A stretch of 62,163 nucleotides of DNA, filler included. It is 9 parts of 9 records of this genome, joined end to end, with 100 filler letters (N's around TTAATTAATTAA, not from the genome) between each part and the next. Parts side by side here need not be neighbours in the genome. Positions count along the whole stretch, not along the records: positions 1 to 4,465 come from SRR7504441_970; positions 4,566 to 10,518 come from SRR7504441_972; positions 10,619 to 14,023 come from SRR7504441_974; 6 more parts are not named here. One strand, written 5' to 3'. The first letter of the stretch is position 1, and the number at the start of each line of letters is the position of its first letter. Position numbers and translations under genes: made by a program. Below are positions 1 to 10,849 of this stretch, piece by piece. The notes under the pieces were generated by a model. That model was not told the DNA's origin, searched no databases, and saw only the letters and a list, made by a program, of their open reading frames with translations.

Positions 1-5
1 TGAGC

Positions 6-743
6 TCAAACTTTGATGTCTGCATATGGGTCATCGGAGGATGAATCCGAGTCGTACGAATCGCTCCGGGCTAAACTAGAGCGGCCGCCTCTTAGGGCAG
101 GGTGCTTGGTTGAGTTTCGCGAGTCTGGAACTGCTGGCTCTCCTCTGCGCAGCCTGCGCTCGTGCGCTACAGTCATGGCAAATTCCATTGACACACCTCG
201 TGCCTGTAAGCCTCTCACTGTGCCGTGCCCCATGTGCTGGCACCTTGGGCCTGTGGGGCTTCTCTATCACTGGCTGCTCTTCCACTGCAGCCACCGGCGC
301 ACTCTCGGGCTCGCCGCAGGATGGGGAGCTGCACTGATCGATCTTGGCTTGGTCGGCTGCGCGCTGGGCGGTCACTGCACTCAGATCTCTGCGCAGTTGA
401 CTCGCCCGCTCGACCGCCTGGCGCAACTCGAGCGCGTGGCTGCCGCTGGGCGACGGGGCCTCGATTCCTGCCTGCAGCTCCCTGCCAACCGGCGGTGGGC
501 ACCCCCTAGGCAGAGTACGCACTGCAGCTGGGTGTGCAGCTGGGCGGTGGCTTCACGGCGCTGGTCGATCCGTCGGATGATCAGGTCGGTTTGGGCGGCG
601 TGCGCGGCCTCCATCTGTTCGCGTTCGAGCAGGAGCTCCTCGAGCAGCTCCCGGGCCAGCTTGAGCTTGGTCCGCATCGTCTCGGCCTGTTCCGCCGTCG
701 AGAGCAGCCGCGGCGCCCCAGCTACCTTCTGCTCGCCCGACAT
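6..743 (-). CDS. Hypothetical coiled-coil protein, 2 predicted introns (~483-522, 204-243)
   Basis: Three ORF pieces (MSGEQKV..., ELQAGIE..., ARGVSMEF...DIKV*) join in frame via GTGC...CAG mini-introns; head-to-head with the CDK gene. Confidence 0.55.
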
Positions 744-882
744 CTCCTGCTGCCCTGCTTCAATCCTGCATCTGCGGCCAGCTCGCGCCTTCCGGCCGAC
801 TCCTTCCTCAGGAAGCCCCACTCGACCACTGCCGTGCCATCCGATGTGAGCCTCAAAAGAAAGAAAAGCGCGTGCACCCTGA

Positions 883-909
883 TCCGTTATAATTTCAAAT
901 AATTTGGCG
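883..909. promoter_or_regulatory. Bidirectional promoter with MYB/MSA-like (CCGTTA), CHR-like (TTTCAAA) and E2F-like (TTTGGCG) sites
   Basis: CCGTTA 884-889, TTTCAAA 893-899 and TTTGGCG 903-909, all within about 50 bp of the CDK ATG. Confidence 0.5.
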
Positions 910-932
910 ATAGATTGTGCAGGCCGGGGGCG

Positions 933-2071
933 ATGTTCAGCAACGCGTCCAACTCGACGATGGAGCGGTATGAGAAGCTGGAGAAAGTTGGCGAGGGCAC
1001 GTACGGGGTGGTCTACAAGGCCAAGGACCGCGAGACCAATGAGATCGTGGCGCTCAAGAAGGTCCGCATGGGCTCGGAGGACGAGGGCGTGCCCAGCACC
1101 GCACTCCGTGAAATCGCGCTCCTCAAGGAGATCCAGCACGCCAACTGCGTCGAGTGCGTACCCCGCGTCACTATTCTTGCACGCGCTATGATCTGCTGTT
1201 GCTCATCCGTGATTGGCAGGCTCAAAGAAGTCGAGTCGACCGAGTCAAAGCTCTACCTGATCTTCGAGTGGTGCGATCAGGACCTCAAAAAGTACATGAC
1301 ATCGTACAAGGGTCAGATCACCGAGGAGCGGATTAAGGTGCCTGCGCTTCGCCCCGCCCGAGCCTCGAGCCCCGCTGGTGGCAGTCGCTCATGTACCAGA
1401 TGGTGCTCGGGATCACGTACTGTCACATGCACCGTCTCATCCACAGGGACCTCAAGCCGCAGAACATCCTGATAGACTCAGAGGGCACGCTAAAGCTGGC
1501 CGACTTCGGGCTGGCTCGCGCCTTTACCATCCCGATCGAGACCCTCACTCATGAGGTGGGCCTGCCTCAGCACTGTGGACACGTCGACTGAGGCTGGATG
1601 CTTCGGCAGGTTGTCACGTTGTGGTACCGGGCACCGGAGATCCTGCTGGGTGGCAAACACTACTCAGTTGGTGTAGACATCTGGTCGATCGGCTGCATCT
1701 TTGCCGAGCTCGTAACCAAGCAACCTCTGTTCCCTGGCGACTCAGAAATTGACGAGCTTTACCGCATCTTCCGGTCAGCTGCCCCGTAGGGCCTGGCGAG
1801 GCTCACGCGGTGTGACAGGGTGTGTGGTACTCCGAATGAGATTAACTGGCCTTCTGTGTCCAAGCTGCCAGACTGGAAGCCCACCTTCCCGCAGTGGAAG
1901 CGCGTTGATCTGAGTGAGAATGTGGTGCCGGGGCTTGAGCCGGCGGGAGTTGAGCTGTTGGACCGAATGCTCACATACGAGCCGAGCCTGCGGATCAGTG
2001 GCAAGGACGCGCTCGCTCACCCATACTTCGACCACGGTATCGACAAGGACCAGTTCCAGGCCATCAACTAG
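933..2071 (+). CDS. CDK1: Cyclin-dependent kinase, CDK1/CDC2 family, PSTALRE variant; 4 introns (1154-1219, 1338-1384, ~1556-1609, ~1774-1818)
   Basis: [61 protein letters not shown] introns restore the frame; alternative ATG at 960. Confidence 0.95.
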
Positions 2072-2502
2072 GTCCTCCACTGTGTCAACTAGGAGGTCGT
2101 CGGCAATCACTGGAGGCATGGTTGATTCTAAGAGCACCCAGCGATACTTCAGGCCTCCGCGACTACGTACCCACAGTAGTTCTGTATAGCAACACAAGAC
2201 CGTCTGCTCTACATCTATGCCCACCTAAGGCCAAAAAGAGTGTAGTCAGGAACAACGTACATGCGCAAGTTGTAATTAGCCCAACTTCTCCCATGTATAC
2301 CACTAAATTTTAAGAATTTATTATCATCACACGTTTTCATTCACAATACATGTGTAAGTTTCAAACGATATATGAACTCCGGCTCCGTGATTCATGTTAT
2401 TATTACGTACGATCGCGATATTATTTATCACCGTATCTACGTATCTATTTTTTAAGTAAAATATATACTTCAACCATCAGCGGGCGCGTCACTCGCACGA
2501 AG

Positions 2503-3573
2503 CTAGAGCTCTTCATCAAACTCCTCTTGCTCACGGTCATCTAGCCCCATCTCCTTCATATAGCTATCGAACCCTGGGTCAGTTGGGTCGGGGTGCCCCT
2601 TGGGGCTTGTCTCAGGATCGTGGTACTCAGGCGGGCTATCAATCTCCTGCTCGTGCTCGGGCAGATCGTCCGAGTGACCGCCTAGAAGCACCGTCTCCTC
2701 CTCTTCCGGCGCAGGCATCACCACTGGCACCGGTGCGGCCACACACTCGGACAGGGCTGAACGTTGGATCTGTGCCAAAATGAACAGTGGGCGGTAAGCT
2801 GGGTAGGACCTTCCGGTATAGTGACCAGACCACTACTATGTAGTAAATGCTGAGCGGGATCACCATCAGCATCTCCACGATCAGGTCAGCATGCACGGCC
2901 GAGAGACACTCTCGGTGAGAGGGCTTGCCGTCCTCCACCAGGCAAGGCAGTTTATAATACTGATCAACCCCCTTGTCATCCTGCGCCCAGTGAGCACCCC
3001 CGGGCTGCGGGGCACACCTCGATCACTTCGCACACCTCGAGGGTGCAGTAGCCGTCTGAGGCCTTGACGCAATTGTGCGAGGTGCAGAAGCTGTCAGTCA
3101 GCGCATAGCCTGCACCCCGGCTCGCCGTCCGGTTGGGGCGTGGGGCAACTTGTGGCTAGATAGACCAGATTGAGCACGAGCACCAGCGAGATCCAGACCA
3201 GGTACATCCGCACCTTGTAACCGGAGAGCTGTTCGGCCCCGTAGTACCTGAGCCCAGGCTTACCTACCGGAGGGGCCTGTGCGCCACCCATATATGCCGA
3301 AAACGACTTGAAGCGAACCGAGCACCACGCCCGCGGCATACATTTCCCCCTTGCCGCCCACTGCTGGCCAGTGAGCCCGGGCGCTGGGCGGAGGCAGCAC
3401 CCGAGGGAAGCATCCGGAGCAGGCCGTTGATGACAGAGGTGATGGCCACCACTTGTACGCCCTCCTGCCCAGCGCCGCTGAGCTAGCTGCTACCACGGGA
3501 CCACCTGCACACCGCAGCAACCGCAACACGTGTCGAGCTCGCATTTGGCTTTGTCCGGTTTGTGATCCTCCAT
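2503..3573 (-). CDS. Multi-pass membrane protein with Cys-rich N-terminus (CCGCC) and acidic tail; several introns
   Basis: Spliced reading MEDHKPDKAKCELDTCCGCCGVQ|EGVQVVAITSV...LQVVFGIYG|YYGAEQ...YLVWISLVLVLNLVYL...IPLSIYYIVVVWSLY...FDEEL*. Confidence 0.6.
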
Positions 3574-3703
3574 TGCAAAACGGCTACGTAATACAATGGT
3601 TTTAGCACTATAAATCTATAGTAAAGTTTATCAATCGTATACCGTATACCGTATAGCCCGTAGCGTGCAGTATTTCCTTCGCGAGCTTTGCGGCCATGTC
3701 AGA

Positions 3704-4106
3704 TTATTTCATCGTGGAGGTGCGCTGCCCTCCCCGCGGCCTGAACCTGGCTGTGCTCAGCTCGAGCGGGCCCCGGAGGCAGCCGGCGCCAGTCGGGGTC
3801 ACATGTTCCTCGGGGTGGGCGAGAGCGGGCTGTCCTTCTGCGACGCCGAGAAGGTGCGCGCTGGGCCTGATCGATCGAGGCCGGGGTGATGCCTGCTGAG
3901 CTGCTGCTGGGCAGAACGAGCTCAAGGCTTACCTCTACACAGATATATCCAGCTGGGCCGCCACCAAGACCAACTTTGCGTTCACGCACGGCACCTTTGA
4001 GGATGTAGGCAAATTCGTCTTCCGGACGGAAGAGGTGCTCCTTGCTGCCTACTGCCCAGCCAGATCCTGACTGCGGCGGCGGACAGGCTTCTTCGATCTC
4101 GGACAT
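3704..4106 (-). CDS. Small hypothetical protein, at least 1 intron; 3' end uncertain
   Basis: MSEIEEACPPP...YICVE followed by a GTAAGC...CAG intron; no recognised domain. Confidence 0.35.
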
Positions 4107-4465
4107 GGTGAGGCAGCGCGTCAATGGGGCATACGCAAAGCTGATCGGCGAATAGATCAGCACTGCCAACCAGCCACTGCGGGCGCGCACCGGCGTAGAC
4201 GGCAGCGCTGCCCTGCAGGACGGAGCTAGGAGATTTGGGGTAAGGGGCAATGCCGGTCGATATTGTAGAGTGGGATGCTGCGCAAACAGAAGCTTTTACC
4301 TGGGAATTGATTGATACTCGGGTGAACATACAATAATACCGGTTATGACGGAGTCAATATGCAATATTAGTCTAGACTACTGGTCATATTAGGTTGAATT
4401 TAATTACTCGACGTAGTAACACGTGCGGTAGTATAGCGGTAGTATCGCACCCCATTGAGTCCCTC

Positions 4466-4565
4466 NNNNNNNNNNNNNNNNNNNNNNNNNNNNNNNNNNN
4501 NNNNNNNNNTTAATTAATTAANNNNNNNNNNNNNNNNNNNNNNNNNNNNNNNNNNNNNNNNNNNN
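4466..4565. other. Artificial contig linker (N44-TTAATTAATTAA-N44)
   Basis: Identical 100-nt spacer with stops in all six frames; repeated at 10519-10618, 14024-14123, 20062-20161, 30110-30209, 46927-47026, 51165-51264 and 57663-57762. Confidence 0.99.
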
Positions 4566-7255
4566 AGCAGGACAATTCGCACACAACGGTGACTTACTCA
4601 AGTCAGAGCCTTCTGGACCTATCCCTTCCTTCGGCTGCAAAAACAACTGTATGAACCTGCGCCGCATAGATTAGCGGCCCAATCAGGACTCCATTCTACC
4701 CTGGCAGAATCTGTTTCTCAATTATTGCACGCATCCGCTCCCCAGGCAGCTCAGCTTTACATGTGAGCTGGTCGTTCCCGAAAGACACGTTCACCTAACA
4801 TCCCTGCTGGCCTGGCATGCCACCTTCCCGAGTCACCGTGGGGGCAACAACACATAGTCTGACCATACTCTGCATTGTTTTCTCTAATGCTTCCCTTTGC
4901 ACCCTCTCAATATCATCCTGCACGAGACAGCACAGATCAGAATGTCTGAGAGGAGAAATGGTACTGACCTTTGCCCGCTGCATCAAGTCAAGAATTGTCT
5001 GCTCTTTCTTGGACTTGTCCTTTTTCAGGCTTGCGGTTTCCTCCTCCGCTTTCTTCAGCCGCGTTTGCATTGCTGCCAGGGCTTCCTGTAGCTTTGCCTT
5101 AGCCGATTCTTCATTTTGAGCCCGCTCCTTCTCTCTTTGAGCCTCATCTCGCGCCTCACGCAATGAAGCTTGCACCTCTTCCAGCAAGGATTGCAAATTA
5201 TCCTGCCCATCAGACTGCTTCCGGTAGCGTGAAAGCTCTTGCTCAGCATGGTGTAGCTGGGCTTTTACTTTGTCTAGTTCAGCTTGCGTCTGCTGCAGTT
5301 TTATTGCCTGATCTTGAGCAAGCACTCGAACGGCCTCTGCCTCTTGATTGGTTGAGACAAGCTTTTCTTTCAGCGCTGCTACTTCCGCCTCTAGTGTTGC
5401 CACCAGTGCTTCTAAACGGTTGACCTTTACAAGGAGCAATATTCAGGGGCTAAGTATGATACTGGTTGGTCACCTTAGCAGACTCAGCTTCCAGCTCACC
5501 TGTCTGCCCCAGCAAATGTGCACTCTCCTATGCAGGCACCCGTCAAGTTTACACTTGAGAATAACTCACCTTCTGAAGCTGCTCGTTTGTTGCAGTGAGC
5601 TCCTGGACACGGTCCTGGAGAGTTTCGATCTCATTATTTCGGTCGCTCAGCTCAACCCCACATTGCCTCAGCTCACGCTCAATTTCACGAACTCTTGCAT
5701 TCAAAGCATCACGCTCACTCTCCCTGAGCTGAGCTTCGCCGCGGATCCGCGCTAGCTCTGCTTCCCTTTGCTCAGCATCGCTCCGGAGCTGTGAGAGCAG
5801 ATCCCTCATGTCTTGCATTTGCTGCAGTTCAGCCAAGGATCACTGAATTGCTCGAGCCAGAATACAAAGCAAGCAGTTATATGGTGGCCCAACAAGAGAA
5901 ACGCGGCCCACCTTTTCCATAACGCTGGTTGCATCATTTTCAGCAGCTCCCTGGTCAGAGAGTTGCGCCTGCAGCTGCTGTATCTCTGCTTGAAGCGCTT
6001 TGGTCTGGCCCTCGTACCGCAGACTTGCTCCCTTGTGGAAGTTCATCTGTTCAGTCATCTGACGAAGATCAACCGCTCTGCACCAACCAGATCAGCAACA
6101 GTTTGCAGGTTGCAAGGCTTACGTCTGATTGATTTGCGTCTCTTGTGAACTAATCTGATCCTTTGCATGCTTTAGTTCCACTTCGAGCGTCTCCAGCTGC
6201 TTGCTGACCATGGCTTCCTTTGCTAGCGCAGCCTCAGTTTCTAAGCTCATTTGCCCCACCTGCACCAGCTGTGAAACCTTCTTCACGGATCTCTCTGACC
6301 TGCTGCTGCAGCTGATCTGCATGCGCTGTCTCTACTTCCAGCTGCGACCTTAGCTGCAGCTCCGTTACTCTGGAGCGCTGCCGGTGCTCCTCCAACTTGA
6401 CAATTGCGCCATCACGGGCACTCTCCAGCTGGCCCCAGCGTTACGACTATCAGTAGGAGTAGTCGCACCTCAGCTATCCTGTGCTGCAGCCCCAAAATAT
6501 TGCTAGCGCTGTTGTCGTTGTCGCGAATCTTCTGCATGTGGTTCAACTGGCCACACAGCTCAGCAGATGACCAGTCTGCCCCAGCTTGCCTGCGCTTGTG
6601 CCAACGAGTGAGCCTCTGCCAGCTCTGAGTGCTCCTTTCGCATCTTTTCTATCGTCTCTCGCAAATTAAAGCACATTGGGCACTGTCGACTCCTGACTGA
6701 AGGGGTGCCGCTCTTGAACTGGCCGCCGCCCATGAACCGCTTGCTGCCCCGCTGCCGCAGGTTGGTTTGCTCCAGGCTCAGCTGGGCTTGCAGAGCAGCC
6801 ACTTGCTGCTGCAGCGAGGCCACCTACCCCACACTCAGCCCCCTCCCGGGCCGCGCCCACTGTCGGAGCCTCGTCGCTCCCCTCGGACTCGTCCTGCGAC
6901 CCGCGCCGGCTCCCAGGATTATTCGCGGCCGGCTCCTCGCTGTGCCGCCAGTCAGCAGCCGCCAGGCTGGGCAGCCCGCCTGGCCGGTGGCTCAGTAGTG
7001 CCGTCGAGGTGGAGCCCAGCTGAGGCGCTCGGGCAGCTGGCAGTGCTGGCGCGCACCGCGTGTTCGCCCTGGCCGATCGGGCCGAGGGTGCGTTTGGCTT
7101 GGTACGAGGAGCTGCCAGGATTCACTGGGCTGGCGGGGCAGGAGCCGGCACCGGGGGGGCAGAGAGGCGGGAATCTTGGCAGTGGAGGGGATGGGGGGCA
7201 GCGACAGCCGCCACATGCCCGACCCCGCGGCGTATCCCGACGTCATAACAGTCAT
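4566..7255 (-). CDS. Long multi-exon coiled-coil protein, runs to the contig end
   Basis: Successive heptad-rich (E/Q/L/A/K) ORF fragments separated by GT-AG introns; C-terminal MQSMVRLCVVAPT..VNVSFG segment; start uncertain (7255, 7246 or 7216). Confidence 0.75.
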
Positions 7256-7386
7256 GACTGTGTGGCCTCTGGCGCCATCTGCATCTACGACTGTATATAG
7301 ATACAAAACGGCACCTTTTGCGATGATCCTGATTGTTGATATCGATGATGATCAGCGCCTTACGCCGCGCGCCTACTGTAGCTAGA

Positions 7387-7423
7387 CTCGAGCTCGAGGT
7401 ATACTCGAGGTATACTCGAGGTA
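7387..7423. repeat. Short tandem repeat, unit CTCGAGGTATA, about 3 copies
   Basis: ctcgag ctcgaggtata ctcgaggtata ctcgaggta in intergenic DNA. Confidence 0.8.
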
Positions 7424-7687
7424 CTTCTAACTTGCAGTCCTTCTGAACAGGCGCATGCCGGCCGGATTCAACCCCGTATCTATAGTAAGGGAGAGATTTG
7501 ATCAATTAAAGCTTCTTCCTATTGACAATCGCGTCGTAAACGCGTCGATTAGCGTCGATCTTCCCGGCAGATCGGTTAAGAAACCAAGTAGTCTGGACAA
7601 TCATTATACGTTGAGACAGTAGAGTAACAATAGAGCACTAGAAGGCACCAATCGCGCTTTCAAGCTCACGGGGAGCCTTGGACCTGC

Positions 7688-8437
7688 TCAGCAGCTGGCA
7701 ATCGCATCGGCCACCGCCCGCTCCCAGGCCTCTGAGCTCTTCTTCGGGGCCAGCTCCTTGCGGTCGGCAGGATCGTACGGCTTGACGTCGGCATCGGGCA
7801 GCGTGCCCCATTGGCGGGTCCCAAAGAAGAAAACATACTTGAACCCGGGCTTGGTCTGCTCCGGCTCGGGGAACAGCTTGGCCGGCCACCAGGGGTGCCC
7901 CCGCATCTTTGCCCACACCAGCCGGTGCCCCTTCTTCGGCCGCTTCTTTAGCGGTCCGCTACGCTTCGCCACCGGCTGCCGCCTCCGCTTTGCCTGCTGC
8001 GGCCGGTCAGGCTGAGTGGCCTGCTCGGGCTCGAGCCGCCAGGTCTCCTTGATCAGGTCGATGGCCTCCTCTTCACCGTCGTCGTACTCCAGCGAGTGTC
8101 GGCCAGCCTGCTGATCGTACCGCACGATCCGGCCCCCGTACCACTCGCTGTCGCCGTCCCACCAGACCTGGACCCGACTCCCCACCAGCTCCGACCCGAA
8201 CAGCTGGCTAGCCCCCCCAGCCGGCCCCGCCCCCCGCCCCCCCCGCTGGGCCGCGTCCACCGCGGTCTGTCGCCGCTCACGGGCCCGGCCGAGCGCGACC
8301 GACGGACGCGGGGCCGGCCGGCCGGTCGAGCGTTGGAGCGGCCCGAGCAGCTTGCCCTTGAGTCGCTCCGGGGTGCGCCAGGCCCGCACCGCCCCGGGGT
8401 CGCAACCCTGGGCCGAGAGCTGATCAGAACAAGCCAT
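7688..8437 (-). CDS. Tudor + PWWP domain chromatin reader
   Basis: LVGSRVQVWWDGDSEWYGGRIVRYD...HSLEYDDGEEE (Tudor); basic NLS-like linker; LVWAKMRGHPWWPA...VFFFGT (PWWP). Confidence 0.85.
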   Translation of the reverse strand: MACSDQLSAQGCDPGAVRAWRTPERLKGKLLGPLQRSTGRPAPRPSVALGRARERRQTAVDAAQRGGRGAGPAGGASQLFGSELVGSRVQVWWDGDSEWYGGRIVRYDQQAGRHSLEYDDGEEEAIDLIKETWRLEPEQATQPDRPQQAKRRRQPVAKRSGPLKKRPKKGHRLVWAKMRGHPWWPAKLFPEPEQTKPGFKYVFFFGTRQWGTLPDADVKPYDPADRKELAPKKSSEAWERAVADAIASC

Positions 8438-8486
8438 GCGTGCCCCCTCCTGCCAAGGCGGCGGTTGGCAAATAACGGTAAAATAG

Positions 8487-9776
8487 ATGCAGGGCAGTGA
8501 GGACGACGAGGAGCCGGCGGCGGCGGAGGCGGAGGGGGCCGAGGCGGAGGAGGAGGAGCCGACGGCCGGGCCGCCGAACTACAAGTGGTCGGTCTGGACT
8601 CGGTCGCGCGACCCGCTCCCGGAGCACTTGACCGAGATCGCCAGCCCCGAGGCAGCCGGCGGCCGGCCGGGCTACTGAGCCGCCGGCAGGACATGGTCCG
8701 TTGCGAGTCTTCCACCTGGGGCCCCAAGCAGCTGACCCGAGTGCCGATCGGCCACCAGATCCGAATAATGAAGGTCCGGCGCCCCAAGCTGCTGCCTCGA
8801 GCCGGGCCGCAGCGAGTGCCCAACGGCGAGGAGGAGCAGGCCGGCTGGGAGGACGAACGCGGGGAAGACCACTACAACTGGGTGCCCCCCCCGCGCGCTG
8901 GGCCGGCACACCGGGCGGCCAGGCCTCCCAGGGCCTCCGCTGCCGCCGCGGCATCCGCTTCCGGTGCGCCGGGCCCGGCCGGCCCCTCACGCTCGGCCAG
9001 GGTGCTCTGCTTCCAGCCGTTCGGTCCAGCGATGCGGCCGCGGCACCACCGGATTGGGGCGTTCAAAGACCCTGACCTGGAGCAGCCCTTCCGGATCCGG
9101 GAGGAAGCCTGGTGCGATGCGTTGGGCGGTTTGGCGCGAGCCGCGATCACTGGAGAGCTGAGGGACTGGGACGAGCCAAACCTGATCGACGCAGTGGTGT
9201 TCAACCGGCGGCAGCAGGAGGCCGAGGCGCGGCGGGCGGCGGGCGGGTGCGGAGCGAGGAGCAGGTGGAGATTTGGCTGCCGATGATCGGATACCCTCAG
9301 CCGCACAAGAAGCGCGAGGATGGCTCGTACAAGCCAGCGCTGCCGCCGGTCCCGATGAGCAAGCAGGTCGGGTCCGCGGGGGCGGGCGGGCGGGAGCGGA
9401 GGCAGATCGAAGAGAAGATGATCAAGTCGATCTGGAGGATTCTGATAAAGCAGTGCGGGCTGACCAAGCAGGAGTGCCAAGTGCGAGTGAGTGCAGAGGG
9501 CAACAAGGTGGGCCGTACCATAGGTCTGGCTCAGCAGCGGGCAGAACTTTGGGCAATCGTTCGACATCGACTACGGCTGCTGGTTCAACACAATCGAGAT
9601 ACACGAGACTAAAGTCAAGGCGCCTAATCCTATTATTAACGCCTAATGATCTCACCGGCAGAAAGCGGCGGCCGAGCGCAAGAAGAAGGCCGACGCCAAG
9701 GCGGCCGAGGAGCAGGCGGCGGCCGACCAGGACGCCGAGGGCGGCTAGCTCGGTGAGTTCGTGTGACCCCGCCTGA
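8487..9776 (+). CDS. Hypothetical multi-intron protein (acidic N-terminus, Lys/Ala-rich C-terminus)
   Basis: ORF pieces joined by about 38-nt GC-rich introns, including a probable GC-AG intron at ~8652-8689; no family recognised. Confidence 0.55.
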
Positions 9777-9916
9777 TGATCAATCGTGATTTCTATGGCC
9801 ATGTACTTTATATACGTAATAATTTAATAGCAAGAAGCTCGCTCAGTAAAGCTCAAACGCTTACACGTGTAACTAATCAGAATCGCGGCGGGCTACTAAG
9901 CCCGTGGCTGGCCGGT

Positions 9917-10435
9917 CTAAGTCGGGGCCGGCAGGCTCGGGGCTCCGGTGGTGGCGTACCGACTTACCGCCCAGTCGAGCCGCTGGCGCTTGGGGATCCG
10001 GCGCATGTAGGCCTTGACCGCCGTGTGCTCCCGCTGCACTGCGTCCAGATACTCCTCGACCAGCTTGTTGTTCCCGGCGCTAGAGAGCGCCACCAGCGAC
10101 AGGTCCCCGCACCGCCAGCTCCGGCCGCGCCGATCGCAGACTTGGGAGGTCAGGTGCCCAAACACCGTCGGCGACCAGCGGAGCGGGTGACTGGCCGCCT
10201 GCGACACCGACCAGGAATGCCGGTGCCACACGCCGCCCTCGGACACCAGGTCGGTGAAACTAAACGCCGGGCCAGCTGGCGGCACCCGACCGGCCGCCGC
10301 CTGGAGCGCGAGTCGGGAGCGGGGCTGGGTGCGTGGGAGGAGCCAGCCGAGGCCCCAGCCGCCCACTCGCACCAGAACCAGCCGCCAGGCCGCCCCGACC
10401 CAGCCCTCAGCCCGCGGGTCAGCAACCAAAGACAT
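9917..10435 (-). CDS. Hypothetical protein, probably spliced
   Basis: ATG-initiated ORF with GTGC..CAG-like segments; AT-rich flanks; 3' end uncertain. Confidence 0.4.
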   Translation of the reverse strand: MSLVADPRAEGWVGAAWRLVLVRVGGWGLGWLLPRTQPRSRLALQAAAGRVPPAGPAFSFTDLVSEGGVWHRHSWSVSQAASHPLRWSPTVFGHLTSQVCDRRGRSWRCGDLSLVALSSAGNNKLVEEYLDAVQREHTAVKAYMRRIPKRQRLDWAVSRYATTGAPSLPAPT

Positions 10436-10849
10436 GTCTCCGCAAATCGTAAATCAGCGTTACCTCACACAACGTATTTATTTATTATTTACTTCAACGT
10501 CACTACGCGGCCACAAGCNNNNNNNNNNNNNNNNNNNNNNNNNNNNNNNNNNNNNNNNNNNNTTAATTAATTAANNNNNNNNNNNNNNNNNNNNNNNNNN
10601 NNNNNNNNNNNNNNNNNNCTCCAAAAGTCAGGGAATGGCTTGGACCACCCGAACTAATTTATTATAAAATTAATCTGAACAATTGTGGTCAACTCCAGCG
10701 TTACTCCAGGTACAGTACGTGTAATGTAATTGTTGCACCCATTGCATCATAATTATATCATAATTATGGGACCAAGTCATTAGAGCCTGCTCTGCTTGCC
10801 TTGGTTTTGTGGCATGCGGAGAGTTTAACAATCCTTAAGCTCATCAGGA

